Positions 18,585 to 27,898 are shown, numbered from the stretch's first letter. The stretch is DNA of 58,825 nt from Chloroflexota bacterium (GCA_025966365.1 JAICWV010000003.1:1-58825); one strand, 5' to 3'. Notes: generated by a model from the letters alone, not told the origin. Numbers and translations are program-made.

Positions 18585-20243
18585 GTGGCAAGAGGAAAGC
18601 TGCGCATCATTCCGCTAGGCGGGGTGGGCGAGATCGGGAAGAACATGACGGTGCTGGAGTACGGCAACAGCATCATCGTGGTTGATTGCGGGGTTATGTT
18701 CCCGAAGGAGAACATGCCGGGTATCGATCTGGTCATCCCCGATGTCACCTACCTACTGGAAAAGAAGCACAAGGTGAAAGCCTTCTTCATCACCCACGGA
18801 CATGAGGATCACATTGGCGCTTTGCCGTACGTGCTTCCCAACTTCGAGGTTCCGGTGTACGCTACCAAGCTGACTCGCGGCCTGATCTCGGTGAAGCTTC
18901 GCGAGCACAAGCTCCTCGACAGCACCGATCTGCGCGCAGCCGAGTTCAACCAGCCCATCGACTGCGGCCCATTCAGAATCGAGTATTTTCGGGTGGCCCA
19001 CAGCGTCCCGGACGCGGCCGGATTGGGCATTCGAACGCCGATAGGCACCGTGGTTCACACCGGCGACTTCAAGATCGATCTGAGCCCGATTGACGCCAAG
19101 CCGACTGACATTCGCTCGCTGGCACGGCTTGGCACCGAGGGAGTCCAGATCCTTCTGGCCGACAGCACTGGCGTGGAGCGGCCCGGCTACACCCCATCAG
19201 AGTCAACCGTCGGGCGCGCGCTTGACGAGTACATTCGCAACGCCGAAGGGCGAGTCATCGTTGCCACATTTTCCAGCCTGATCGCCCGAATTCAGCAGAT
19301 CGTCAATATATCGGCAAAGCACGGGCGCAAAGTTGCGTTCATGGGTCGAAGCATGACGCAGAATTCGCGCATGGCTCTCGATCTCGGATATCTCTCCGAC
19401 CCCGGCGGCGTGATCCTGCCCTGGGAGAGGGTGGCCCAGTTGCCGGCCGGCCAGATTACGGTGCTGACCACCGGCGCGCAGGGAGAGCCCTCCTCGGGCC
19501 TGAGCCGGATGGCCAATCGGGATCACCGGCAGATTCAGATTCGCAAGGGCGACACCGTGATCCTGTCCGCTGCCGCGATTCCGGGAAACGAAGAGTTGGT
19601 GGCCCGAAATATCGACAATCTCTTCGAGCTGGGCGCTACGGTCATCTACGGCCCGGAAGCGCACGTTCATGTCTCCGGGCATCCCGGGCGGGAAGAGTTG
19701 AAGATTTTGACCAGTATCATCAGTCCCAAATACCTGATTCCAGTCCACGGGGAGGCGAGGCACCTTATCTTGCATGCCCGCATGGCGGAGTCGATCGGGA
19801 TGCCGCCCGGGCATGTCCTGGTTCCGCAGAACGGACGCGTGATGGAATTTACCGAGGACTCCGCCCGTTTTGACGGTCGGGTGCCGGCGGACAATGTGTT
19901 CGTTGACGGGCTGGGCGTGGGCGATATCGGCGATATCGTTCTTCGCGACCGCCGTCACCTCTCGCAGGATGGCGTGGTCATCGCAGTGTTGACGGTCGAC
20001 CGGCGCTCGGGGCGTCCGGCCGGACCGGTCGAGCTCATCTCACGCGGGTTCGTGGACGGCAGCGACGAGCCCATCATGGACGACGCACGAAAGCAGCTCG
20101 TGAAGTCACTGCAGGGCATCCACTCCAGTGCCGCGGCTGAGCCGTCGTACATTCAGAACCGGGCCAGGGACATTCTGCAGAAGTTTCTGTACGAGCGAAC
20201 CAAGCGCCGCCCGATGGTGCTCGGACTCGTCGTCGAAGTGTGA
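18585..20243 (+). CDS. rnj: Ribonuclease J
   Basis: PLGGVGEIGKNM, THGHEDHIG, HTGDFK, TGAQGEP, HVSGH, PVHGE. Confidence 0.96.
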   Translation: MARGKLRIIPLGGVGEIGKNMTVLEYGNSIIVVDCGVMFPKENMPGIDLVIPDVTYLLEKKHKVKAFFITHGHEDHIGALPYVLPNFEVPVYATKLTRGLISVKLREHKLLDSTDLRAAEFNQPIDCGPFRIEYFRVAHSVPDAAGLGIRTPIGTVVHTGDFKIDLSPIDAKPTDIRSLARLGTEGVQILLADSTGVERPGYTPSESTVGRALDEYIRNAEGRVIVATFSSLIARIQQIVNISAKHGRKVAFMGRSMTQNSRMALDLGYLSDPGGVILPWERVAQLPAGQITVLTTGAQGEPSSGLSRMANRDHRQIQIRKGDTVILSAAAIPGNEELVARNIDNLFELGATVIYGPEAHVHVSGHPGREELKILTSIISPKYLIPVHGEARHLILHARMAESIGMPPGHVLVPQNGRVMEFTEDSARFDGRVPADNVFVDGLGVGDIGDIVLRDRRHLSQDGVVIAVLTVDRRSGRPAGPVELISRGFVDGSDEPIMDDARKQLVKSLQGIHSSAAAEPSYIQNRARDILQKFLYERTKRRPMVLGLVVEV

Positions 20244-20327
20244 CCTGGTTCACTGACAATTGCGCGCCTGGGGCGCAGAATAGTGGAAAGCACGTCCCCT
20301 AGAGCGCGGGCCAGCCCGCAAGACGCA

Positions 20328-20361
20328 CAGAAACCGGCGAGTCTCCTCCCGCCGGTTTCTG
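20328..20361. terminator. 12-bp hairpin between convergent genes (probable bidirectional terminator)
   Basis: CAGAAACCGGCG-agtctcctcc-CGCCGGTTTCTG. Confidence 0.6.
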
Positions 20362-20362
20362 C

Positions 20363-20611
20363 TTATGTGTCGTCGCCGTGGACGAAGCCGATGGAGCCCT
20401 TGTGACGCCGCTTGCCCTCGCGCAGCGCCACCACCTGGGCACTGCGGATTACCACCCTGTCCTCTGACTCGACCAATTCGAACGTGGGCCATTCCTCGGC
20501 CACCAGCCGCTCGGTGACCTCATGCATGGATCCCTTCACCAGGAATCCTCCTCCCTGTGTGAATACCAGCACCTCACCCGCAGACGGTTCCTTGGTGAGA
20601 TCTACTTCCAA
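20363..20611 (-). CDS. Small hypothetical protein
   Basis: 82-aa ORF, TTG start with a GGAGG SD, protein-like composition, ends at the terminator hairpin. Confidence 0.6.
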   Translation of the reverse strand: MEVDLTKEPSAGEVLVFTQGGGFLVKGSMHEVTERLVAEEWPTFELVESEDRVVIRSAQVVALREGKRRHKGSIGFVHGDDT

Positions 20612-20634
20612 CCCGGGCCTCCCGCGATAATTAC

Positions 20635-20949
20635 TTGTTCCGCGATGTCACTCTCACTATCCATGCTGCCGCGCTCCAGGTCCAAGCCGTGACCCAGCCG
20701 GATGATTCCTCGGTCGGGGACCAGTTGGTACGGGCTGCCCGGGACCTGTGGTCCAGCGTCGTCGAGTCGGGGGAGGACTATGTCGTCTTTACCGATCATC
20801 GGCGCCTCTCCACCCGGGTGCAGCGGACTCAACTGGGGACGTACCGGGTGAGCTGGGAGGATGCTGACGGCGATGGATGGATCGTGTATGAGCGGGAATT
20901 CGAGAACTTGCGCGAAGCAGCGTTCCATGGTTTTCAAGGGCCGCATTAA
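20635..20949 (+). CDS. Hypothetical protein (start uncertain, possibly GTG 20689)
   Basis: Protein-like ORF (YVVFTDH...YRVSWED...WIVYEREF) that fills the gap before the SRPBCC gene. Confidence 0.55.
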   Translation: MFRDVTLTIHAAALQVQAVTQPDDSSVGDQLVRAARDLWSSVVESGEDYVVFTDHRRLSTRVQRTQLGTYRVSWEDADGDGWIVYEREFENLREAAFHGFQGPH

Positions 20950-21011
20950 TCTGGAGCAGACCGGGTCGCGGTTCCGCGCACAGCCGCCCACGGCAGGGAG
21001 GAGGAGATTGG

Positions 21012-21479
21012 ATGCCCACCGTCCAGCGGAGCATTGACATAAACGCTCCTATTGGCGACGTTTTCGCGGCGGCCACCGACCCCAATCGCGGACCGGAATG
21101 GAATCCTAACATCCAGCAAGTCGAGGCGATGGCAGCGCCGATTGGCGAGGGATCGCAGTGGCGGCAGACCGCTGTGGCCATGGGCCGACCGGTTCAGCTC
21201 ACCTGCACTGTCGCTCGATTTCAGCCTCCCAGTTACGGCGAGCTGGTTATTTCCGGGGAGCAGCAGGGTCGGACCATTACGCGATGCGAGGAATTGGACG
21301 GGATTACGCGGCTGACGCAGGCTCTCGAATTTGTTATGCCCGGGGGCATGCTGGGCCGGGTGGTGAGTGGAATGGCCGAGAATATGCTCGGCCGGGAGCT
21401 CGACCAGTCGCTGCGCCGGATCAAGATGACTCTCGAGCTTGAGAAGGGGAGCGGGAATGGATCTGGGTCTACGGAATAA
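21012..21479 (+). CDS. SRPBCC / polyketide cyclase family protein
   Basis: VQRSIDINAPIGDVF...DP..GPEWNP and a C-terminal helix LDQSLRRIK. GGAGGAG SD. Confidence 0.85.
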   Translation: MPTVQRSIDINAPIGDVFAAATDPNRGPEWNPNIQQVEAMAAPIGEGSQWRQTAVAMGRPVQLTCTVARFQPPSYGELVISGEQQGRTITRCEELDGITRLTQALEFVMPGGMLGRVVSGMAENMLGRELDQSLRRIKMTLELEKGSGNGSGSTE

Positions 21480-22245
21480 AGTAGCGATCGTGTCGGCCTC
21501 ATCGGCGGGCCTGGGAAAGGCGACCGCCTTGACCTTCGCGCAGGAGGGAGCCCGTGTCGTCATTAACGGACGCCAGGCAGAATCGCTACGGCAGACGGCT
21601 GACGAGATTCGCCGCCAGACCGGTGCCGAGATCGAAGAAGTGGTGGGCGACGTCGCCGTCCCGGCGGACTGCCGGCGGCTGGTGGAAGCCGCGGTTGAGC
21701 GGTTTGGCCGCATTGATGCCATGGTCACGAACGCGGGAGGGCCCCCGGCAAAACGCTTTGAAGACGTCACCAATGAGGATTGGGACAGTGCCTATCACCT
21801 CACGCTGGGGAGCGTGATCTCTCTCGTTCGCTCGGCACTGCCGCACCTCCGCCAGACTCGAGGGGCGGTCACGGCCATCGGCTCCTACGTAGTCAAGCAG
21901 CCGGATCCGGTCATGACGCTTTCCAACACCTTTCGCACCGGTGTGGTTGCGCTGTTGAAGACATTGTCGGAGGAACTGGCCGGCGAGGGCGTGCGGTTCA
22001 ACCATGTGGGTCCCGGCCTGATCATGACCAACCGGCAGGTGCATCTCACCGAAGTCCAGTCGCAACGGGAAGGCATCTCCTATGAGGAGGCACTGGCCGG
22101 GCGAGAAGCAAGCGTGCCGCTCGGTCGCTTCGGCGACCCCCAGGAATTCGCGAGGGTGGTCGTGTTCCTGTGCTCCGATGCCGCCGCCTACGTGACCGGG
22201 CAGACGATTCTGGTGGACGGCGGTCTGTACAAGGGCCTGATGTAG
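21457..22245 (+). CDS. SDR family oxidoreductase
   Basis: MDLGLRNKVAIVSASSAGLG, VTNAGGPP, LSNTFR (atypical active-site motif), PLGRFGDPQEF, TGQTILVDGG. Confidence 0.9.
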   Translation: MDLGLRNKVAIVSASSAGLGKATALTFAQEGARVVINGRQAESLRQTADEIRRQTGAEIEEVVGDVAVPADCRRLVEAAVERFGRIDAMVTNAGGPPAKRFEDVTNEDWDSAYHLTLGSVISLVRSALPHLRQTRGAVTAIGSYVVKQPDPVMTLSNTFRTGVVALLKTLSEELAGEGVRFNHVGPGLIMTNRQVHLTEVQSQREGISYEEALAGREASVPLGRFGDPQEFARVVVFLCSDAAAYVTGQTILVDGGLYKGLM

Positions 22246-22341
22246 CAAGGCCATTCCAGCAGGAATCAGCCTGTAGAATGTCCCACACCGACCGCTACGC
22301 GCGGCCGGCACGTGGTCTTTCGGTCCTAGCGGGAGTTGTTC

Positions 22342-23736
22342 ATGTCGTTACCCAGCACCATTGGCGAGCTGCGAGCCAGCGAGTATCAGGTCCTTCCCAT
22401 CCGCGACGAGATGCGCAAGAATCTCATCGCGAAGATCGAAGCCGACGAGCCCCTGTTCCCCGGAATTGTCGGCTATGAGGAAACCGTACTTCCACAAATC
22501 GAAAATGCCATCCTTTCCGGGCAGGACATGATTCTGCTGGGAGAACGGGGCCAGGCCAAAACCCGCCTTGCTCGCGCCCTAATCTCCCTCCTGGACGAGC
22601 AGGTACCGGTCATCGAAGGCTGTGAGATCAACGACGATCCGTACGATCCTATTTGTGCCACGTGCCGGGAGAAGGTGCAGTCGCAGGGGGACTCGGTCGC
22701 CATTACGTGGATCGGTCGCGACCAGCGGTACGGAGAGAAGTTGGCCACGCCGGATACCACCATCGCCGACCTTATCGGCGAGGTAGACCCGATCAAGGTT
22801 GCCGAGGGTCGGTATCTCTCTGACGAGTTCGTCATCCATTACGGTCTGGTGCCGCGCACAAATCGCGGGGTTTTTTGCATCAATGAGCTCCCCGACCTGG
22901 CCGAGCGCATTCAGGTCGGCTTGCTTAACATCATGGAAGAGCGCGACGTTCAGATCCGAGGATTCAAAATCCGCCTTCCGCTGGACATTTTGCTCGTCGC
23001 CAGCGCCAATCCCGAGGACTATACCAATCGCGGCCGCATCATCACGCCACTGAAAGACCGCACCGGGTCCGAGATCCGGACGCACTACCCGCGTACCATC
23101 GAGCACGAGATCGACATTATGGAGCAAGAGGCCCAGGCGTTCGACAGCGCGGGGTACACAGTTCAGGTCCCGGGCTACATCAAGGAGATCCTCGCCGAGA
23201 TGACGCATCTGGCGCGCAAGAGCCCGGACATCAGCCAGCGATCGGGAGTGAGCGTGCGAGTCTCGATCGCGAACTACGAGAATGTGACCAGCAACGCGTT
23301 CAAGCGGGCCATTCGCCTGCATGAGTCAAACGTGGTGCCGCGAATTTCCGATCTCTCCGCGGTGACGGCATCGACTGCAGGGAAGATTGAGCTGGAAACG
23401 CTCGGCGACGTCAACGAGGACAAGATCATCGACAAACTGATCCAGGGCTCGATCGTCAATGTCTTCAATCGCTACTTTCTGGTGCAGGAGTTTGACGACC
23501 TGCTCAGAAGCTTTGAAAACGGGCTGAGTATCGACGTCTCCGACGATATGCCGTCGCTGGAGTATGCGCAGAAGGCATTTCGCGTAAACGGATTGAAGTC
23601 GGCGGTGTCGAAGCTGGGAGCGCAGGGTAACCCGGCGGCGATTGCTTCCGGCACCGAGTTCATCCTTGAAGGGCTTCATCTCAATCGCAAGCTCAACAAG
23701 GACCGCACCGAGGGGCGCGCTCACTACCGGAGGTAG
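22342..23736 (+). CDS. Magnesium-chelatase-like AAA+ ATPase (Rv0958-like)
   Basis: Walker A GERGQAKT, EKLATPDT, GEVDPIKVAEGR, INELPDL.ERIQVGLLN, ANPEDYTNRGRIITPLKDR, SGVSVR. Confidence 0.85.
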   Translation: MSLPSTIGELRASEYQVLPIRDEMRKNLIAKIEADEPLFPGIVGYEETVLPQIENAILSGQDMILLGERGQAKTRLARALISLLDEQVPVIEGCEINDDPYDPICATCREKVQSQGDSVAITWIGRDQRYGEKLATPDTTIADLIGEVDPIKVAEGRYLSDEFVIHYGLVPRTNRGVFCINELPDLAERIQVGLLNIMEERDVQIRGFKIRLPLDILLVASANPEDYTNRGRIITPLKDRTGSEIRTHYPRTIEHEIDIMEQEAQAFDSAGYTVQVPGYIKEILAEMTHLARKSPDISQRSGVSVRVSIANYENVTSNAFKRAIRLHESNVVPRISDLSAVTASTAGKIELETLGDVNEDKIIDKLIQGSIVNVFNRYFLVQEFDDLLRSFENGLSIDVSDDMPSLEYAQKAFRVNGLKSAVSKLGAQGNPAAIASGTEFILEGLHLNRKLNKDRTEGRAHYRR

Positions 23737-23739
23737 GGC

Positions 23740-25731
23740 ATTTCTCGATACACGTACTCGCGGTGGGACAGGACCCAGAGCGTCGAGGGATTTGATCCCG
23801 ACGAGTTGATGGAGGCCCTGTCGGACGACCTCATGTCGGACGGCGACATCTGGAATGCGCTGCAGCGGATCACTCGCTGGGGATTGCAGCGAGAGAACGA
23901 GCCCGCGGCGCCGGGCTTGCAGAGTCTCGTCCAGCGGCTTCGGTCGCAGCGGCAACAGGAGCTGGAGAAGTACAATCTCGATTCGCTCATGGATGACGTC
24001 CGCGAGCGCGTCACCGAAATCGTTCGAGCGGAGCGCGCGGGCATCGAACGAAAGGTTGCCGGGGCAGACGCGGGAGGTGATGCCGCGCTGCGCGCGATGC
24101 TCGAGGCTATTGCGAGCCGAAAGCGCGAATTTCTGGACACGCTGCCGGACGATCCCGGAGCCGCAATCTCTGCGCTGGCCGACTATGAATTCCTCGACGA
24201 GAGCGCCAGGACACAATTCGAGGCGCTGGAGGCGATGCTGGAGGAGCAGGTACTGCAGAGCCGCTTTCAGAACATGCAGGAATCTCTGGCCGCGCTTGGC
24301 GGTGCAGAGCTTGGCGACTTGAAGGCGATGATGCGCGACCTGAACTCCCTTCTCCGTGATCATCTGGACGGCCGGGATACCGACTTCGACCGGTTCATGG
24401 AGCAGCACGGCCGTTTTTTTCCGGGTGCCGGTTCCTTCGACGAGATTGCGTCCCAGCTGCACGATCAGTCACAGCAAATGGAATCGCTGTTGCGGAGCAT
24501 GTCACCGGAAATGCGCCGCTCACTCGACGACTTGATGAAGGCGCTTCTGCGGGATGAAGAGCTGCAAGATGAGCTGGCTACCATGGCTGAGATTCTGGAA
24601 TCGGTGGCCCAGTTCAGACGCCCGCCGCCGGGCTATGACTTTTCCGGCCATGAGTCCATCACTCTGGAAGAGGCTCTCAGGCTGATGCGGAGGCTGCACG
24701 ATCTCGACCTGCTGGAGCGCGAGATGCGCCGCGCGCAGGACACCGGCGACCTGGAGACCCTGGACCCGGCACGCGTTGCCGATCTGATGGGAGATGACGC
24801 AGGACAGGCCGTCGACCGGCTGAAGCAGCTGAGCCAGGTCCTGCAGGATGCCGGGTATATCCAGGGAGACGGCGGGGCCCTGACTCTGACTGCCCGGGGG
24901 ACGCGGATGATCGGCCAAAAGGCCCTCCAAGACATCTTCCAGCACCTGAAGCGTGAAGCCTTTGGTGGCCACGAAGTCTCGCAGCATGGACTTGGCGGCG
25001 ACCGAACCGATGATGTGAAAACCTATGAATTCGGCGACAACTTTCTGCTCGACATGTCCCGCACGGTCATGAACTCCGTCCGCAGAACCGGGGGTGGACG
25101 CCCGGTCAGCGTTCAGGTGGAGGACTTTGAGGTGTACCGGACCGAGCAGCTCTCCCAGGCATCGACAGTCCTGATGCTGGACATGAGTCGCTCCATGCCA
25201 CTCCGCGGCTGCTTCGTCGCTGCCAAGAAAGTAGCCCTGGCGCTGAATAGCCTCATTCGGACTCAGTTCCCGCGAGACAACCTGTACATCATCGGATTCT
25301 CCGACTTCGCCCGGGAACTTCGGCCGGAGAGTCTGCACCAGATCGCGTGGGGTGACTACGTCTACGGGACCAATATGCAGCACGGTTTCGTCATGGCCCG
25401 CAGGCTGCTCGGTCGGCATCAATCGGGTACGCGGCAGATCATCCTCATTACCGACGGCGAGCCCACGGCGCACCTCGAGGGCGACCGCGTGGAGTTTGCC
25501 TATCCGCCCACATTTCGCACCTTTCAGGAAACACTGCGAGAAGTGTCCCGCTGCACCCGGGAGGGCATCGTGATCAACACTTTCATGCTGGAGCGCAGTC
25601 ACTACTTGACCGACTTTGTCAATCAGATGACGCGCATAAACCGGGGCCGAGCTTTCTTTGCCACTCCCGAGCGGCTCGGCGACTACGTGCTGGTGGATTA
25701 CGTTGCCTCCAAGCGGAAGCGGATCAATTGA
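23740..25731 (+). CDS. VWA domain-containing protein (Rv0959-like partner of the AAA ATPase), probable ATT start
   Basis: MIDAS motif DMSRSM, YGTNMQHG, ITDGEPTAH. The frame is open back to 23737 (ISRYTYSRWDRTQ), and GGAGG lies 6 nt before ATT 23740. The ORF track start is 23806. Confidence 0.85.
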   Translation: MSRYTYSRWDRTQSVEGFDPDELMEALSDDLMSDGDIWNALQRITRWGLQRENEPAAPGLQSLVQRLRSQRQQELEKYNLDSLMDDVRERVTEIVRAERAGIERKVAGADAGGDAALRAMLEAIASRKREFLDTLPDDPGAAISALADYEFLDESARTQFEALEAMLEEQVLQSRFQNMQESLAALGGAELGDLKAMMRDLNSLLRDHLDGRDTDFDRFMEQHGRFFPGAGSFDEIASQLHDQSQQMESLLRSMSPEMRRSLDDLMKALLRDEELQDELATMAEILESVAQFRRPPPGYDFSGHESITLEEALRLMRRLHDLDLLEREMRRAQDTGDLETLDPARVADLMGDDAGQAVDRLKQLSQVLQDAGYIQGDGGALTLTARGTRMIGQKALQDIFQHLKREAFGGHEVSQHGLGGDRTDDVKTYEFGDNFLLDMSRTVMNSVRRTGGGRPVSVQVEDFEVYRTEQLSQASTVLMLDMSRSMPLRGCFVAAKKVALALNSLIRTQFPRDNLYIIGFSDFARELRPESLHQIAWGDYVYGTNMQHGFVMARRLLGRHQSGTRQIILITDGEPTAHLEGDRVEFAYPPTFRTFQETLREVSRCTREGIVINTFMLERSHYLTDFVNQMTRINRGRAFFATPERLGDYVLVDYVASKRKRIN

Positions 25732-25831
25732 CGCCCTTCTCTTGACAGATGCGACAACGGGAGTTGCCGGCGACGCCGATTTCGTGCTATTTTGAGGCCA
25801 GATAGGGCATTCCGCCCACGGAGGACACGTC

Positions 25832-26191
25832 ATGATCAGCCTGACAGATCAGGCAAAATTCCAGCTCAAGTCACTGATGGACCAGCAAGGGCTGACTGAT
25901 CTCGGGCTCCGGGTCTTTGTGGCGCCCGGGGGCTGCTCCGGGTTTCAGTACGGGATGCGCTTTGAGGACTCCACCCTCGACGGTGACATGATCGAAGCGC
26001 AAGACGGCATTCAACTTTTCGTGGACGAATTCAGCGCCCAGTACCTGGAAGGCGCGCAGATTGACTATGTGGACGAACTGATGGGCGGCGGGTTTACGAT
26101 TCATAATCCCAACGCTGTAACCAGTTGCTCCTGTGGTCAGTCCTTCACATCCGCCGACAGCGGTGGTGCAGCTCGTCCTTGCGGCCACTAA
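25832..26191 (+). CDS. HesB/IscA/ErpA family Fe-S cluster assembly accessory protein
   Basis: GGCSGFQY, IDYVDELMGGGF, NPNAVTSCSCGQSF. GGAGG SD. Confidence 0.93.
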   Translation: MISLTDQAKFQLKSLMDQQGLTDLGLRVFVAPGGCSGFQYGMRFEDSTLDGDMIEAQDGIQLFVDEFSAQYLEGAQIDYVDELMGGGFTIHNPNAVTSCSCGQSFTSADSGGAARPCGH

Positions 26192-26206
26192 TCTCGACCA
26201 GTCCTG

Positions 26207-26234
26207 GAGGCCGGCGCAATGTCGGCCTCTTTTT
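26207..26234 (+). terminator. Intrinsic terminator after the IscA-like gene
   Basis: GAGGCCGGC-gcaat-GTCGGCCTC-TTTTT. Confidence 0.75.
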
Positions 26235-26252
26235 GCGTAAAGGAGACGGACC

Positions 26253-26639
26253 ATGATCAGCAAGGAGCTGTCGAACCAGCTGCATGAGGCGCTCGTGCAG
26301 GAAAAGAGCCGCCTCAAGAGGGAAATCGGCAACTTGCAGGAAGGCGTCAATGCCGGGACATACGACCTTGAGGGAATGGACGCTGTCGACCAGCACCCGG
26401 CTGACGAAGGCAGCGAGCTCTTTGAACGCGAGAAGGATCTGGCGGTGCAAAGCACCCTGATGCGCGAGCTGGATGAGGTGAACATCGCCCTTAAGAAATT
26501 TGACGACGGCACCTACGGCATTTGCGAGATGTGCGGAAAGCCGATCGACGAGCGGCGTCTCCGCGCCTTTCCGGCCGCAACTCACGACGTCGAGTGTCAG
26601 GCCAAAATTGACCGCGCCCAGGGGCGGGTCCACGCCTAG
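26253..26639 (+). CDS. TraR/DksA C4-type zinc finger protein (YteA-like)
   Basis: DQHPADEGSELFEREKD, GTYGICEMCGKPIDERRLRAFP. AAGGAG SD. Confidence 0.88.
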   Translation: MISKELSNQLHEALVQEKSRLKREIGNLQEGVNAGTYDLEGMDAVDQHPADEGSELFEREKDLAVQSTLMRELDEVNIALKKFDDGTYGICEMCGKPIDERRLRAFPAATHDVECQAKIDRAQGRVHA

Positions 26640-26656
26640 CGCCCCGTCTGCTCCTA

Positions 26657-26684
26657 TTGACAACCGAGCAGAAATCCCTATAGT
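26657..26684 (+). promoter_or_regulatory. Near-consensus sigma70 promoter
   Basis: TTGACA-N16-TATAGT. Confidence 0.65.
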
Positions 26685-26716
26685 GGCAGGGAGACGAGGG
26701 GCGGAAGGAGTGGACC

Positions 26717-27004
26717 GTGGAATGCACATGTGGCGCTGAGTTGAGGCCATTCTGGATCTGGCGTGATGGAAACGGGACGCTGCACGCGTCGCGGTTCCGG
26801 CCGTCCGTCGGGTTTGAGCGTGGCCTTCTGGCCTCCTCGCCTCGCGATGCGCTGACGGCGGTGCTGGCGTCAAGTGCTCCCCGGCACCTCGTGGTGGCCG
26901 CCGACGATACCGCCGTCAGGTGGTCCGGGCGGTGCTCGGCTCCATCCGAGCTTCTTACGGCGGCGGCTCCGTCCGTGAGACTCGCGCCAACGAGCGTGCA
27001 ATAA
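26717..27004 (+). CDS. Small hypothetical protein (N-terminal CxC)
   Basis: 95-aa ORF with an AAGGAG SD and its own promoter. Its 3' end overlaps the convergent XRE gene by 50 nt. Confidence 0.5.
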   Translation: MECTCGAELRPFWIWRDGNGTLHASRFRPSVGFERGLLASSPRDALTAVLASSAPRHLVVAADDTAVRWSGRCSAPSELLTAAAPSVRLAPTSVQ

Positions 27005-27422
27005 CCAGAAGCGATACCTGTTGCTCGGTGGAAAGCAGCCGTGCAATCAGGTAGAGGTCAAACGCTGTCTCATCGTTTGCCCGCGCGACACCGGTCAGAT
27101 AGTCTGCCCGTCCTTCCCGCAGGTGCAAGGGCAGTGACGTCTGCTCTTCGGCACCGGCCGTGGCTTCGCCATCCAGCCAGGCCGCTACCCGCAAGTAGAG
27201 CTCTGAGAGTGGAGCATCGAGTGCCGTGGCCAACAGCGTCAGAGTGTTGGATGAAGGGTCCTTCTCCCCGCGCTCGATCTCGCCCAGGAAGACGGGAGAC
27301 ACGCCAGCCCGTGCCGCCATTTCCCGGCGTGAAAGACCCTTCCATTCGCGGTAGCGCCGGATCACCGATCCCCATGCTCGTAGCACAACCGCGCTGCCGT
27401 CTGCCCGCTGATCGGCTACCAT
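26955..27422 (-). CDS. XRE-family HTH transcriptional regulator (ClgR-like)
   Basis: GSVIRRYREWKGLSRREMAARAGVSPVFLGEIERGEKDPSS...LATALDAPLSEL. GAGG SD. Confidence 0.88.
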   Translation of the reverse strand: MVADQRADGSAVVLRAWGSVIRRYREWKGLSRREMAARAGVSPVFLGEIERGEKDPSSNTLTLLATALDAPLSELYLRVAAWLDGEATAGAEEQTSLPLHLREGRADYLTGVARANDETAFDLYLIARLLSTEQQVSLLVIARSLARVSRTEPPP

Positions 27423-27491
27423 CGCGCACCTCGCCGCCTATAATGTGGACGCTCTGGGCATATCCTACGCTTCGATTGAGGCTCCGTCAAC

Positions 27492-27893
27492 GTGGTTACT
27501 CCGACATTCATTGATGCGGCTTATGCCGCCGACTCGCTGCACGTTCCACTCGACACCATTCTCGACCTGGTTCGAGCCGGGCGTCTCCGCACCTACGGCG
27601 GAAGGACATCCAATCCCTTCTTGCGTAGCGCTGAGGTGACAGCCCTGGCCGGCGAGCTGGGCCTGGGAGATGACACGGAGTCGGAGACGCCACGGCGCGT
27701 GAAGAGCCCCTCTGCTCGGGTGCAGCAGCGGATCACGGCCGATTCGCGCTGGGGAGATGTGAGTGAGGCCGACATTCGCGACTGGGTAGAGCGAGCAGAT
27801 GACACTCGACTGCAGGCGGCCCGGAAGGCGGCGCAGCTCGCAACCGGCCGACTGAGCTTTCTGCTCGCGGCGCTGGAGGAGCGGCTGGGCTAG
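27492..27893 (+). CDS. MerR/excisionase-like (HTH_17/BldC-like) DNA-binding domain protein
   Basis: FIDAAYAADSLHVPLDTILDLVRAGRLRTYG. TATAAT at 27439-27444 upstream. Confidence 0.6.
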   Translation: MVTPTFIDAAYAADSLHVPLDTILDLVRAGRLRTYGGRTSNPFLRSAEVTALAGELGLGDDTESETPRRVKSPSARVQQRITADSRWGDVSEADIRDWVERADDTRLQAARKAAQLATGRLSFLLAALEERLG

Positions 27894-27898
27894 GGGCC

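Noticed and set aside
22342-25731. Bona fide Mg/Co chelatase for (bacterio)chlorophyll or cobalamin synthesis
   Set aside because: The motifs match the widespread Rv0958/Rv0959-like AAA-VWA pair. No chlH/cobN or pigment genes in the window.
26955-27893. Prophage or ICE remnant (repressor + excisionase)
   Set aside because: No integrase, att-like repeats, tRNA target or phage genes, and no visible compositional shift.
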